This document shows positions 1-9,236 of a stretch of 64,000 bases of DNA, piece after piece (within the stretch, counting starts at the first letter, position 1; each line of letters begins with the position of its first letter). A program made the position numbers and the translations under genes. The stretch covers positions 43,733-107,732 of the forward strand of contig CAVUKA010000004.1 of NCBI GenBank assembly GCA_963741945.1, written 5' to 3'. The notes beneath the pieces are model-generated. The model saw nothing but the letters and a program-made list of their open reading frames with translations, did no database searches and was not told the DNA's origin. Source of the DNA: an uncultured Gemmatimonadales bacterium. Lineage in GTDB: Bacteria > Gemmatimonadota > Gemmatimonadetes > Longimicrobiales > RSA9.

Positions 1-1408
1 CGGTCAGAATCCGCCGGGCGGCGCGCCGGTCCGGCCGCTCGTGACACTGCTCTTCGTGATGCTGGGCGTCTACGGCGCCTACGAGCACTTCGTGCGCGAC
101 CGGATCAGCTGGTGGTACATGGTGATCCTCTTCGCCACGGTCTCCATCGGCCTCGTCGGATACCTGAACTTCAAGTACGGCTACACATTCCCGCAGCCGG
201 GGCCGGGCTACAACATCGAGATGCACGAAGTCCGCGAGCGGGACTACTTCTTCATTGTCAGCTTCAGCGTCTGGGGACTGTGGGCGGGGCTCGGGATCTT
301 CACGTTCTGGCGACGCCTGGCCGAAGTGCTCGGGGAGCGCGCGCGTTCCCTGGCCACCGCCACGCAACGCGCCGCGGCCGCGTCGCCCGTGCTGGTGCTC
401 GCCTTCCTCCCGCTGCTCCTCAACTGGAAGTACGCCGACCGCAGCAACCAGTACATGGCCCGCGACTGGGCCTACAACATGCTCATGAGCGTGGAGCCGT
501 ACGGCGTTCTCTTCACCAACGGCGACAACGACACGTTCCCGCTCTGGTACGTGCAGGAAGTGGAAGGGATCCGGCGCGACGTGACCGTGATCGTCATGAG
601 CTACCTGAACACGCCGTGGTACGCCAAGCAGGTGAAGGCCCTGACCGAGCCGTGCGCCGAAGGCGTGAACCCGCTTGCGGATCCCACCCGGATCATCTGC
701 CAGCGCCCCTTCCAGCCGGAGAAGGAAGCGGAAGTCTACGCGGCTCACGCCGGCTCGCCGCTGGACAGCGCCGGCGCGCCAGTGAAGGGGATGGCCCGCG
801 CGGTGTGGACCCGCCCCGGGCGTTCGATCCTGTCCATGTCGAACGCGCGCATCGACTCGATCCCCGATGTCTATGCGGCCAACCCGTACAACTTCCTGAT
901 CCAGGACCCGGTCCAGCTCAGGGCGGACAGCCTCCGCTTCACCATCCCCGGCAACCGCGTCCTCCTCCCGGCGGACGTGTTCATGCTGAACATCATTCAG
1001 AGCTCGCTCGGGGACCGGCCGATCTACTTCGCCACCACCACCCAGGCGTACGACCGGGTCGGGCTCACGGGCCACCTTCTGCGTCAGGGGCTGGCCCTCA
1101 AGCTGTTCGACGGCGACCTGAAGGCCGACACCGCCGCGGGCATCTTCGCAATCCCTGCCAGCGCCCAGATCCCGGGCAGCTTCGTAGACCTCCCGGCCAC
1201 CGACACGCTCCTCTGGAACGTGTTCGTGCACCGCGGCGGCATCCCGGACAGGTGGGACTTCTGGCCCGAGCCGTCCACGAAGAACATCCCGTGGTATTAC
1301 GTCTACGCCCACTACGCGGCCTACACCGCCCACGTGCAGCAGGGGGAGGAGGAGAAAGCGCAGCGGCACTACGACCGGATGGAAGCGTGGACCAGACTGG
1401 CCCAGTAG
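1..1408 (+). CDS. DUF2723 / glycosyltransferase-family-117-like integral membrane protein, 3' part (5' end outside window)
   Basis: The frame of ORF 41..1408 stays open back to base 2. A hydrophobic N-part is followed by a large soluble part carrying FTNGDNDTFPLWY-type sequence typical of DUF2723 proteins. Stop is TAG 1406-1408. Confidence 0.7.
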   Translation, partial: GQNPPGGAPVRPLVTLLFVMLGVYGAYEHFVRDRISWWYMVILFATVSIGLVGYLNFKYGYTFPQPGPGYNIEMHEVRERDYFFIVSFSVWGLWAGLGIFTFWRRLAEVLGERARSLATATQRAAAASPVLVLAFLPLLLNWKYADRSNQYMARDWAYNMLMSVEPYGVLFTNGDNDTFPLWYVQEVEGIRRDVTVIVMSYLNTPWYAKQVKALTEPCAEGVNPLADPTRIICQRPFQPEKEAEVYAAHAGSPLDSAGAPVKGMARAVWTRPGRSILSMSNARIDSIPDVYAANPYNFLIQDPVQLRADSLRFTIPGNRVLLPADVFMLNIIQSSLGDRPIYFATTTQAYDRVGLTGHLLRQGLALKLFDGDLKADTAAGIFAIPASAQIPGSFVDLPATDTLLWNVFVHRGGIPDRWDFWPEPSTKNIPWYYVYAHYAAYTAHVQQGEEEKAQRHYDRMEAWTRLAQ

Positions 1409-1431
1409 CCCGGCCGGCGCTGGGCGCGGCC

Positions 1432-2289
1432 ATGGTCATCGGGGCTGCCTCGCTCTGGGGCAGCCTCGGTCTTTTCGGCCGCCTCGCATTCCAGCACGGC
1501 GCAGCGCCACTCGAAGTCGGATCCATCCGCGCCGCCCTCGCCTTCCTCGGCGTCCTCCCCCTCGCCCTCGCCCGACCCGGGCGCCTCCGCGTCCGCCCCG
1601 CCGACATCCCCCTGCTCCTGGGGTACGGCGCCGTTGGCGTGGGATTCTTCTACTACGTCTATCTCGAAGCCGTGGCCCGCCTGCCGCTGGCCGTGGCCGC
1701 GGCGCTCCTCTACACCGCGCCCGCCTTTGTCGTGGCGCTGGCGTGGACGCTCCGCTGGGAGCCCGTCCGACCGCGGCGCCTGCTCCCGCTCGCAATGGTG
1801 ATCCTCGGAGCGTTCCTGGCGACGGGCGCCTTCCGGGCGCTGGGCGGCGTGAGCGCGGTCGGCGTGGCGGCCGGGCTGGCCAGCGGGGTGGCGTACGCGC
1901 TCTACACGGTGGTGGGGAAGCGCATCCGGGCGCGGTACAGCGTCCTCACCACCATCGTCTACGCCTACGGCGTGGGCGCGCTCGTGCTCGCATTCGCTTC
2001 GCCGCCCTGGACCGTCCTGGTCGAGCACCCCGACGCCACCGGCGTGCTGCTCCTCATGGGGCTCGGCCCGACGCTGCTCGCCGCGCTCCTGTTCTACGGG
2101 GGGCTCCGCCACATCGACGCGAGCGCCGCCAGCATGCTGGCCACCATCGAGCCCGTGGTGGCCGCCCTCCTCGGGCTGGCGTGGCTGGGAGAAGCACTGC
2201 CCTGGACCACGGCGGCCGGCACGGCGCTGGTGGTGGCGGCGGCAGTGATGCTGCGCCCCGGGACGCGCCCGGCGGCGAAGCCGACGTAG
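1432..2289 (+). CDS. EamA/DMT-family (drug/metabolite) transporter
   Basis: ATG at 1432 lies inside the fused 112..2289 frame. The 285-aa product is about 10 TM, rich in G/A/L, with the duplicated EamA-like architecture (LLYTAPAFVVALAW ... MLATIEPVVAALLG). Upstream of 1432 this frame is R/P-rich shadow of the DUF2723 gene. Confidence 0.8.
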   Translation: MVIGAASLWGSLGLFGRLAFQHGAAPLEVGSIRAALAFLGVLPLALARPGRLRVRPADIPLLLGYGAVGVGFFYYVYLEAVARLPLAVAAALLYTAPAFVVALAWTLRWEPVRPRRLLPLAMVILGAFLATGAFRALGGVSAVGVAAGLASGVAYALYTVVGKRIRARYSVLTTIVYAYGVGALVLAFASPPWTVLVEHPDATGVLLLMGLGPTLLAALLFYGGLRHIDASAASMLATIEPVVAALLGLAWLGEALPWTTAAGTALVVAAAVMLRPGTRPAAKPT

Positions 2290-2342
2290 CCGGAACCGAC
2301 AGCCGGGCGTCGACGTCAGGGGGTGCCCCCGGTATGGAGTGG

Positions 2343-4775
2343 TCAACCGATCCCGGCCACCTGCATCAGCTCGTGGGGGTCGGCGGCGTCCACCCGACTG
2401 GCGCCCGTGCGCTCGTCGAACACGCACCGGATGACCTGGTCCATGCCGTCGCGGATCCCCTCGATGTGCGTGATGAGGATGACCTGCTCGAAGCGGCCGG
2501 TGAGGGTGTGCAGCAGCTGGATGACATTGTCGCGGCGCTCCACGTCCAGCGAACCGAACACTTCATCCAGGATCAGCACGCCAACCGGGTGGCCCGCTCG
2601 CTCCGCGATCATCTGGCTGATGGCCAGCCGCAGCACCAGGTTGGCGATGTCCTCCTCGCCACCACTGATCACCGGCTTCTCCTCGCCCTCATCCAGCACC
2701 AGGACGTTGTACGCGTCGTCGATCTCCAGCGCCGCGTAGCGTCCGGCCGTGATTTCGGACAGGAACGCGCTGGCCAGCTCACTCAGCTCCGGGCGGACCC
2801 GGGTGTTGAGCTCGACCCGGAGCTGGCTGAACGCGGTGTCCAGCTCACTGTTGTGCAGTCGCTCCAGCTCCAGGGCATCCAGGACCGCCTTCTTCCGCGC
2901 GTAGTCCGCCTCGGCGTGCTCGGCCGCCCGCACGGCCTCATCTGCGGCATCCAGCCGACCGTTCGCCTCCGTGAGCCGGAGCTCTCCGCGCCGCACGTCC
3001 TCGACCGCCCGCTCGTGCTCGCGCCGCACCGCCTCGTGCGCTGCCGGGTCGAACTCCAGGGCCGTCAGCGCTTCGCGGGCGGCACGGCCCCGTGCCTCCG
3101 CCGCCGAGCGCCGGTCAGCGGCCTCGCGCCGCTCCCGCTCCACCGGCTCCCGACGGAACACGACGGCTTCCAGGCCCGTGGCCTTCCGCTCCACTTCCCG
3201 CAGGCTCTCCAGCCGCTGCTCGGCCGCGCGGTGCGCTGCGACGTCGTAGCCGGCGGGGATCGCCGCCAGGTCCACCCTCTGCCGCTCCAGCCGCTCCCGC
3301 TTGCGCGCGAGATCCACCCGCAGCTTTTCCGCCTCCTCGGCCGCCTGTTGGGACCGGCTCAGCTTCTCGGCCCTGGACTCGATCGCGGCCTGGAGCTCCG
3401 CCCGTCGGCTTTCCGCCTCCTCCAGCGCTGTGGGCTTCTGCTCCAGCTGCGCTTCGCGTTTCTTGAGCCACTTGCCATCCTGCACCAGCGACTCCCACTC
3501 GTCCTCGAGTGACCGCAGCACCTGGTCGTAGTGGTCGTGCAGCGGACGACCACACGTGGGGCACGTCCCCTCCGCCCCCGCCTCCCGGAGCTGGTCCAGC
3601 TGCTGCTGCAGCTCCGCGGTGCGGTCCTTGTACGTCTGCAGGCGCGTCCGGGCCTCCTGCCGGTCCTGCTGCCACGCGTCCCGCTCCCGCTCCGCGCGCG
3701 GCTCCACTTCCGCCAGCTCGCCGCGCAGCGCCTCCAGCTCGGCCAGGAACCGCTCGACGAACTCCGGCGCGCGGGACAGCGTCGCCAGCCGAAGCTCCCC
3801 CTCCTCGATCTCGCCACCGAGATGCCGTACCGCCTCGTCCAGTACGCGACGCCGCTCCTCGAGCCGCGCCAGCTCCGACAGCCGCTCGCACTCGCGGGCC
3901 ACGTCGGGCAGCACAGCCAGGTCCGTGGCCAGCCCCGCCCGCGTCCGCTCCGCGGCGACGACCGCCTCCAGCTCCTCCTCCGCCCGTGAAACGGCTCGCG
4001 CGGCGTCGCGGTATTCCTGGGCGGCCATTTCCCGCTCGTGCTCCAGCTCCGCGGCCTCCTGTCGGGACGCCCCGACCCGCTCCCATCTCGGCGCCACGGT
4101 CTCCAGTGCCTGCCGCGCCCGCCCGAGCTCGCGGCGCGCCGCCTCCACTGCCGACCGCGCCTCCTCGCGCCGGCCGCGCGCGCTTTCCATCTCCGACCGC
4201 AGCGCCGAGGGATCCGCCATCCCGGCGCGCAGCCCCTCGATCTCGTGGCGCAGGTCATTGCGCCGTGTCCGCGCTCGCTCCTGCGCCAGCCGGAGCCGTT
4301 CGTAGCCCAGCACCTGGGCGAAGAACCGGCCGCGGTCGGCGGGCCCCATCTGCGCCAGGAACTGCAGCTCCTTCTGGCCGGTGAAGTAGGTGTTGAAGAA
4401 CTCGTCGCGGGTCATCCGGAGACCGCGCTGCAGGTAGTCGGATGCGCCGCGGAGCGTGGTGGCCACGGGATCGTCGCCACCATCGAGGAACACCTCGGCC
4501 GTGGTGAGTGTCCGGACCACGCGGTAGGCGTGCCCGCCCAGCCCGAACTCCAGCTCCACGCGCACCGGGCTGCGCGGCTCGGCCCGGGCGAAGCGGATGG
4601 TCTCGTTCGTCCCCCGCGCCGCCGGCGCGCCGTAGATGGCCCACGCGATGGCCTCGAGCAGCGTGCTCTTGCCGGCCCCGTTCGGGCCGATGATCCCGGT
4701 CACGCCCGACCGGAACTCGATGCGGGTGTCCGCGTGCTGCCGGAAGTTCAGGAGGTGGAGCCGGTCCAGTCTCAC
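2343..4775 (-). CDS. sbcC: SbcC/Rad50-family DNA repair exonuclease ATPase subunit
   Basis: Motifs: Walker A GPNGAGKST; long E/R/A-rich coiled coil with central zinc hook CPTCGRPL; C-terminal SGGE signature; Walker B LILDEVFGSLD. GTG start at 4775 overlaps the sbcD stop (GTGA). Confidence 0.9.
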   Translation of the reverse strand: MRLDRLHLLNFRQHADTRIEFRSGVTGIIGPNGAGKSTLLEAIAWAIYGAPAARGTNETIRFARAEPRSPVRVELEFGLGGHAYRVVRTLTTAEVFLDGGDDPVATTLRGASDYLQRGLRMTRDEFFNTYFTGQKELQFLAQMGPADRGRFFAQVLGYERLRLAQERARTRRNDLRHEIEGLRAGMADPSALRSEMESARGRREEARSAVEAARRELGRARQALETVAPRWERVGASRQEAAELEHEREMAAQEYRDAARAVSRAEEELEAVVAAERTRAGLATDLAVLPDVARECERLSELARLEERRRVLDEAVRHLGGEIEEGELRLATLSRAPEFVERFLAELEALRGELAEVEPRAERERDAWQQDRQEARTRLQTYKDRTAELQQQLDQLREAGAEGTCPTCGRPLHDHYDQVLRSLEDEWESLVQDGKWLKKREAQLEQKPTALEEAESRRAELQAAIESRAEKLSRSQQAAEEAEKLRVDLARKRERLERQRVDLAAIPAGYDVAAHRAAEQRLESLREVERKATGLEAVVFRREPVERERREAADRRSAAEARGRAAREALTALEFDPAAHEAVRREHERAVEDVRRGELRLTEANGRLDAADEAVRAAEHAEADYARKKAVLDALELERLHNSELDTAFSQLRVELNTRVRPELSELASAFLSEITAGRYAALEIDDAYNVLVLDEGEEKPVISGGEEDIANLVLRLAISQMIAERAGHPVGVLILDEVFGSLDVERRDNVIQLLHTLTGRFEQVILITHIEGIRDGMDQVIRCVFDERTGASRVDAADPHELMQVAGIG

Positions 4776-5995
4776 CCGGAGCCCTCCCGCTCGGCACCCT
4801 CCGGGTCTCCGCCCGACCGCTCCCGCCAGTCCTCGGCCGCGGCCACGTACTCGGAGCCGAGCACCAGCAGTCGCTCGAGCTCGATGCCCGGCATGGTGAT
4901 GCGCCAGTCCGAGAGGAACCGCTCCAGCTCCTGCTCCAGGGTCAGGCGACGTCGCCCGGCGCCATCATCACCGGCTCCGCTCTGCGCTTCCGGCCGACGC
5001 GCGTCCAGGTGGAAATGCATCGCTTCCGCCTTCAGCGCCCGGATCCGACGGTGGTCCATGCGACGGAGGAGCTCACGCGGCACGTCCGTGATCACCTGCC
5101 GGACGATCTTCCCACGGACCCCGTCCGGGAGCGACGCAACCGCTGCGGCGATCCGCGCATCGACCGCTGCCGGTTCCAGCCGCCCCGCCTCGGCCGTGCG
5201 CGCGCTGAACCGGGGCAGATCCACCACTTCCCGGACCGGCACCTCCTGGAATTCGCCCCGGCCCCGCTCCGTGTCGAAGAGGACCCACCCCTTCCGGCTC
5301 CCGGCCTCCGCCCAGATGTTCGTGGACGTGCGCTCCGTGGCGCCAGCGTACCACGCGTTCGGCGCGAGCGCCGTGGCCTCGTGGAAGTGGCCCAGCGCCA
5401 CGTAATCCCACGCACCCCCCCGGATCGCGTTCCATTCCATGTGGCCGCCGCCATGCTCGACCCGGCGCAGCAGCCGATCGTCCGCACCGGTCCCCGTGAC
5501 CGTGCCGTGCAGCATCAGGATGTTCGTGGCCGCGGCGGGATCCGGCTGCGGCTCCGGATCGCGCGCCCCCGCCAGCGCCGGGTGAGGGACGCAGAGCACG
5601 GACGCGCCGAGCTCCGGCAGTGCCACGGTGCGCGCCTGGTCGTCCACCACGTGGACGCCCGGGATCTCCGCCAGCAGTCTCAGGATGCTGCCGGCGTCGG
5701 CAGCGCGCGGGGAGTCGTGGTTGCCCGCGATCACGACGATGGGCGCGTCGTCCAGCCCCTGTCGCAGTCGCATGAAGAGCCTGAACCCGTCCATGATCGC
5801 GGCGTTCGATGGGCGGACCGTATGGAAGACGTCGCCGGCGAAGAGCACGAGGTCGGGCGACGATGCGACCACCGCGTCCACGGCCCGCGCCGCTGCATCC
5901 GCCACGTCCCGTTCGCGCTGGTTCACGCCACCGGGCGCCATGCGGTGGTAGGCGCGATAGCCGAGGTGCAGGTCCGCCAGGTGGGCGATCCTCAA
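4772..5995 (-). CDS. sbcD: SbcD/Mre11-family nuclease subunit
   Basis: Calcineurin-like phosphoesterase motifs DLHLG, GDVFH and GNHD. The start reads TTG AGG ATC GCC CAC CTG (TTG at 5995), 1 nt after the upstream SDR stop. Coupled to sbcC. Confidence 0.88.
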   Translation of the reverse strand: MRIAHLADLHLGYRAYHRMAPGGVNQRERDVADAAARAVDAVVASSPDLVLFAGDVFHTVRPSNAAIMDGFRLFMRLRQGLDDAPIVVIAGNHDSPRAADAGSILRLLAEIPGVHVVDDQARTVALPELGASVLCVPHPALAGARDPEPQPDPAAATNILMLHGTVTGTGADDRLLRRVEHGGGHMEWNAIRGGAWDYVALGHFHEATALAPNAWYAGATERTSTNIWAEAGSRKGWVLFDTERGRGEFQEVPVREVVDLPRFSARTAEAGRLEPAAVDARIAAAVASLPDGVRGKIVRQVITDVPRELLRRMDHRRIRALKAEAMHFHLDARRPEAQSGAGDDGAGRRRLTLEQELERFLSDWRITMPGIELERLLVLGSEYVAAAEDWRERSGGDPEGAEREGSG

Positions 5996-5996
5996 C

Positions 5997-7286
5997 TCAC
6001 CGCAGTCCTTCCCCGGGCACGCCCACCACCTGCCCGTTCACGCCCGAGCCCGCGTCCCCCAGGAGGAACAGGACCACGGACGCGATCTGTTCGCGGGTCA
6101 CCCACTTCACGCTTTCCGGGTCCGACGCCTCCGCACGGTTCTGCGCCGTGTCCACCATCCCCGGCGCCACGGCGTTCACCCGCACGCCCGTGTCACGCTC
6201 TTCCAGCGCGAGCGCCCGCGTCAGTGCGATCACCGCCGCCTTCGCCGCGCTGTACGCCGCCATCCCCTTCACCGCGCGCTCTCCCGCCGGCGAGGCGAAG
6301 TTGACGATGACGCCGCGCGTCGCCCGCAGCAGCGGCAGCGCAGCGCGACTCACCAGAAATGCCGTGCGAGCGTTCGCATCCAGCTCCCGCTGCCACGCGT
6401 CCGGCAATGTCTCCGCCACCGCGCCCATCGCCCGCAGCCCGCCGGCCACGTTGACCACGCCGTCCAGCCGGCCCCAGCGGTCCTGCGCCGCCGCCACGAC
6501 GGCCGCCGCGCCCTCTTCCTCGGACAGGTCCGCGGCCACGGCGATCACTTCGCCGCCCAGGCTACGGGCCAGCTCCATCACGGCCTCGCTCCGCGACGTC
6601 ACCACCACCCGTGCGCCTTCCACGACCAGCGCCTCCGCCACCGCGTAGCCCACCTGTCCCCGGTCTCCGACGCCCGTGACCAGCACCACGCGTTCCCCCA
6701 TTCCGGCCTCCTTCCGTGCACCCGAGAGCCCGAGCTCGATCCATCCCGCGGCCGTCAGCACCAGTGCGACGCCCACGAACACGGGACCCGGCGGGAAGGA
6801 TGGTACCAGCCACCCGGCCGCCAGTGCCACGCCCGCCGCCACACCCACCAGCGCGGGCACCACCACGCCACCCCGCACTCCCGACCCCAGCCGGCTCAGC
6901 AGTCCCGCCAGCGCATAGCTCGGCCCCACCACCAGCAGGACCACCCCTACGGGCTGCCCCCAGCCGCGCGTCTGCAGCGCCGGGAATCGGAGCCACGCCA
7001 TGGCGGCGAACGACGCCACCACCAGCGCCAGGATGGCACTCATCCACCACCCCACCCGCCGCTGCGCTCCAGACCCCGAAGTCTGCGCGCGCCCGGGCGG
7101 CGCGCCGGCTACCCACGCACCGGCGCCCAGGCTGAGGAGTGCCAGCGAAAGGAGGAACCCCACGGACGACAGCAGCCCCTCCCCCGTGTAGAGGAGGAGC
7201 GCCCCGGCCGAGAGCGACGAGATCCCCAGCGCAAGGCCGGCGATCAGCGACGCCAGTGTGCCGGGCCACTTCCGTCCGGCCGCCAT
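5997..7286 (-). CDS. Short-chain dehydrogenase/reductase fused to a roughly 195-aa N-terminal polytopic membrane domain
   Basis: The C-terminal 235 aa is a classical SDR (VLVTGVGDRGQVG glycine-rich loop, NVAG, YSAAKAA catalytic Tyr-x3-Lys). The N-terminal 195 aa is uninterrupted hydrophobic helices. ATG 7286 overlaps the flavin reductase stop by 1 nt. An alternative internal ATG at 6701 would give the SDR alone. Confidence 0.7.
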   Translation of the reverse strand: MAAGRKWPGTLASLIAGLALGISSLSAGALLLYTGEGLLSSVGFLLSLALLSLGAGAWVAGAPPGRAQTSGSGAQRRVGWWMSAILALVVASFAAMAWLRFPALQTRGWGQPVGVVLLVVGPSYALAGLLSRLGSGVRGGVVVPALVGVAAGVALAAGWLVPSFPPGPVFVGVALVLTAAGWIELGLSGARKEAGMGERVVLVTGVGDRGQVGYAVAEALVVEGARVVVTSRSEAVMELARSLGGEVIAVAADLSEEEGAAAVVAAAQDRWGRLDGVVNVAGGLRAMGAVAETLPDAWQRELDANARTAFLVSRAALPLLRATRGVIVNFASPAGERAVKGMAAYSAAKAAVIALTRALALEERDTGVRVNAVAPGMVDTAQNRAEASDPESVKWVTREQIASVVLFLLGDAGSGVNGQVVGVPGEGLR

Positions 7287-7759
7287 CAGGGAGACAGCCG
7301 GCCGTAGCCGCCCCGGAAGTACAGGAGCGGGGCGCCCTCGTCCGCGTCGCCCGCCACCACTTCGCCCAGGAAGATGGAATGATCACCACCGTCGTAGCGT
7401 TCCCGGACCCGACAGTCCACCCACGCCAGCGCCCGCTCCAGCACGGGCGCTCCGGTCGTCTCCGTCCGGTACGCCACCCCCTGGAACTTCCGGTTGCGGT
7501 CGTTCTCCGCGAAGCGCCGGGCCAGCCCTTCGCCCCGCTCATCCAGGACGTTCACTGCGAATGCGCCGGACTGCTCGATGCACGCGTGCGTGTCGGCCGT
7601 GAGGTCCACGCACACCAGCACGAGTGGCGGCTCCAGCGACACCGAGACCACGGCGCTCGCCGTGAGGCCGCACGGCTCGCCATCACTGGCCGTGACCACG
7701 GTGACCCCCGTGGGCAGGTGTCCGAGAATGCGGCGGAACTCCGGGGACTCCATTGCCAT
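7286..7759 (-). CDS. Flavin reductase family protein (FMN-binding split barrel)
   Basis: FRRILGHLPTGVTVVT ... GLTASAVVSVSLEPPLVLVCV ... DHSIFLGEVV is the typical flavin reductase-like domain. I chose the ATG at 7759 (MAMESPEF); the ORF upstream of it is R-rich and implausible. Confidence 0.85.
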   Translation of the reverse strand: MAMESPEFRRILGHLPTGVTVVTASDGEPCGLTASAVVSVSLEPPLVLVCVDLTADTHACIEQSGAFAVNVLDERGEGLARRFAENDRNRKFQGVAYRTETTGAPVLERALAWVDCRVRERYDGGDHSIFLGEVVAGDADEGAPLLYFRGGYGRLSP

Positions 7760-7835
7760 CAGCCTTCTCGCGCCTCTCCGCTCATTGCGTGGGTGATCGA
7801 CGAGTCCGTACCTTCCGCGGGTGGGAACACAAACG

Positions 7836-8942
7836 ATGGAAACCGGCTTCCTTCCACTCGCCGCACGGGTCTGGCGCCTGGCGGCCGTCCTGATGGTAAT
7901 CGCTCTTTCCGGCTGCGACAACGTGGATTGGGGCGGCGCGGATGTGGCCATCGTGCCGCCACCGCCCAGGGTCGGGCCGGTCGAGACCCGGCTGGGCGAG
8001 GCGCAGCAGCTCCCCCGGGGCCCGCTCCTGTACTATGTGACCCGGGACAGCCTGCGGACCGTTGCTCGTCCCGTGGCCGAGATCCAGGACGGGGAGACTC
8101 GCCCGTTGAGCGCGGGCAGCGACAGCACGTATGGCGAGCGGTTCATCGCCGCCTTCCTGCGTGAGGGTGGAGAGCTCACCCTCTTCCACCGCGGCCGGCG
8201 CGCGGGTACGCTCGTCATCGATTCCGCCACCCTGGAACCCTCCGGCTGCGGGCTCACGCCCACCGGGATCGGCCACGCAGAGCTCTCCGGCCGGGCCACC
8301 GACGCGCGCGAGTTCCTGGCCATGGCCAGGACCCAGGCCCCCCAGGGGCGCGTCCTCGCAGGGGACTCCCTGCGCGTGGAGCCGAGGATGCAGGTCGTGG
8401 GCAATATCCTGGCCGAGCGGATCCTGCGCGACCGCCAGGCCCAGCTGCCCAACTGGTCGCGCGCCCGACGTCAGCTCTTCCCCTTCCCCGTCGAAGGGTC
8501 CCAGGACCTGGGCTTCACCGCCACGTTCCTCGTCGATGATGCCCTCGAAGTCGGCGACGACGACGAAGGGTACTCCCTTTTCGTCGTCTACACGCCCCAG
8601 GCCCAGAGCTACGACACCGCCTACGTCGACTACACGAGCTACACCGCCTCGGGCAAGGCCGCGCCCCGCGCCGTCGACTTCCTCGACTGGAACCGCGACG
8701 GCGGCCCGGAGATCCTGCTCGAGGTCTACGGCACCCGCAACAGCTGGTTCGCCGCCGTCGGCAAGACGGACGACGGCTGGCGGGAGATCATGAACGCGCG
8801 CTGCCCACCTTCCACCGCGCCCGCGCCCACCGGGACTGCCGCGCCGGCCGGGATGGATACTGCCGCCGGAGCCACCGCGGACACCGCGGCCGGGGCCGCC
8901 GTCGACACCGCCGCTGCGCCCGCCACCACCACCACGCCTTGA
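7836..8942 (+). CDS. Hypothetical lipoprotein with FG-GAP/VCBS-like segment and low-complexity T/A/G tail
   Basis: Signal peptide with lipobox LSGC (METGFLPLAARVWRLAAVLMVIALSGC). DWNRDGGPEILLEVYG resembles an FG-GAP-type repeat. The C-terminus is repetitive DTAAGA. The start could also be GTG 7821. Confidence 0.7.
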   Translation: METGFLPLAARVWRLAAVLMVIALSGCDNVDWGGADVAIVPPPPRVGPVETRLGEAQQLPRGPLLYYVTRDSLRTVARPVAEIQDGETRPLSAGSDSTYGERFIAAFLREGGELTLFHRGRRAGTLVIDSATLEPSGCGLTPTGIGHAELSGRATDAREFLAMARTQAPQGRVLAGDSLRVEPRMQVVGNILAERILRDRQAQLPNWSRARRQLFPFPVEGSQDLGFTATFLVDDALEVGDDDEGYSLFVVYTPQAQSYDTAYVDYTSYTASGKAAPRAVDFLDWNRDGGPEILLEVYGTRNSWFAAVGKTDDGWREIMNARCPPSTAPAPTGTAAPAGMDTAAGATADTAAGAAVDTAAAPATTTTP

Positions 8943-8980
8943 TGCGGGTCCCGGGGACCGGTACCTTTCCCTCCACATGA

Positions 8981-9149
8981 CACGCACGGGGTCACCCGGA
9001 AGCCGGTGAGAATCCGGCGCGGCCCCGCCACTGTAAGAGGTCCGGACAGGCGTCCGGATGGCCCGCTCACGCGCCACTGGGGATCACCGAGGGTGAGCCC
9101 GGGAAGGCGAGCGACGCCGCCTCGAGCCAGGAGACCGATCCCGTTCGTG
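8981..9149 (+). promoter_or_regulatory. Cobalamin (B12) riboswitch aptamer
   Basis: The conserved core GGAAGCCGGTGAGAATCCGGCGCGGCCCCGCCACTGTAA is present, followed by GCCACTGG ... CCGGGAAGGCG and the B12 box GAGCCAGGAGACC. A P1-like pairing joins 8981-8990 (cacgcacggg) with 9140-9149 (cccgttcgtg). It lies directly upstream of a B12-type uptake operon. Confidence 0.88.
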
Positions 9150-9207
9150 CCCGAGCATACCCTTCGAGGGAGGGGTGCGGGCGCCAGCGATCGATCGTGA
9201 TCCAGTG

Positions 9208-9234
9208 GCCCGCTCCCCCATGAGGGAGGCGGGC
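9208..9234 (+). promoter_or_regulatory. SD-sequestering hairpin (candidate riboswitch expression platform)
   Basis: gcccgctcccc (9208-9218) pairs with gggaggcgggc (9224-9234) at 10 of 11 positions including one G-U. The 3' arm contains the only purine-rich SD (GGGAGG) ahead of the btuF-like ORF. Confidence 0.55.
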
Positions 9235-9236
9235 CT

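Noticed and set aside
112-1431. N-terminal 440 codons of the 725-aa ORF 112..2289
   Set aside because: It is an alternative frame of the DUF2723 gene (R/P/G-rich). The EamA transporter begins at ATG 1432.
2343-5995. SMC-like ATPase plus nuclease pair as an anti-phage system (Lamassu/Gabija-type)
   Set aside because: It shows a canonical SbcC zinc hook and ABC motifs, Mre11-type phosphoesterase motifs, and the standard sbcD-sbcC order with a 4-nt overlap. It is ordinary SbcCD.
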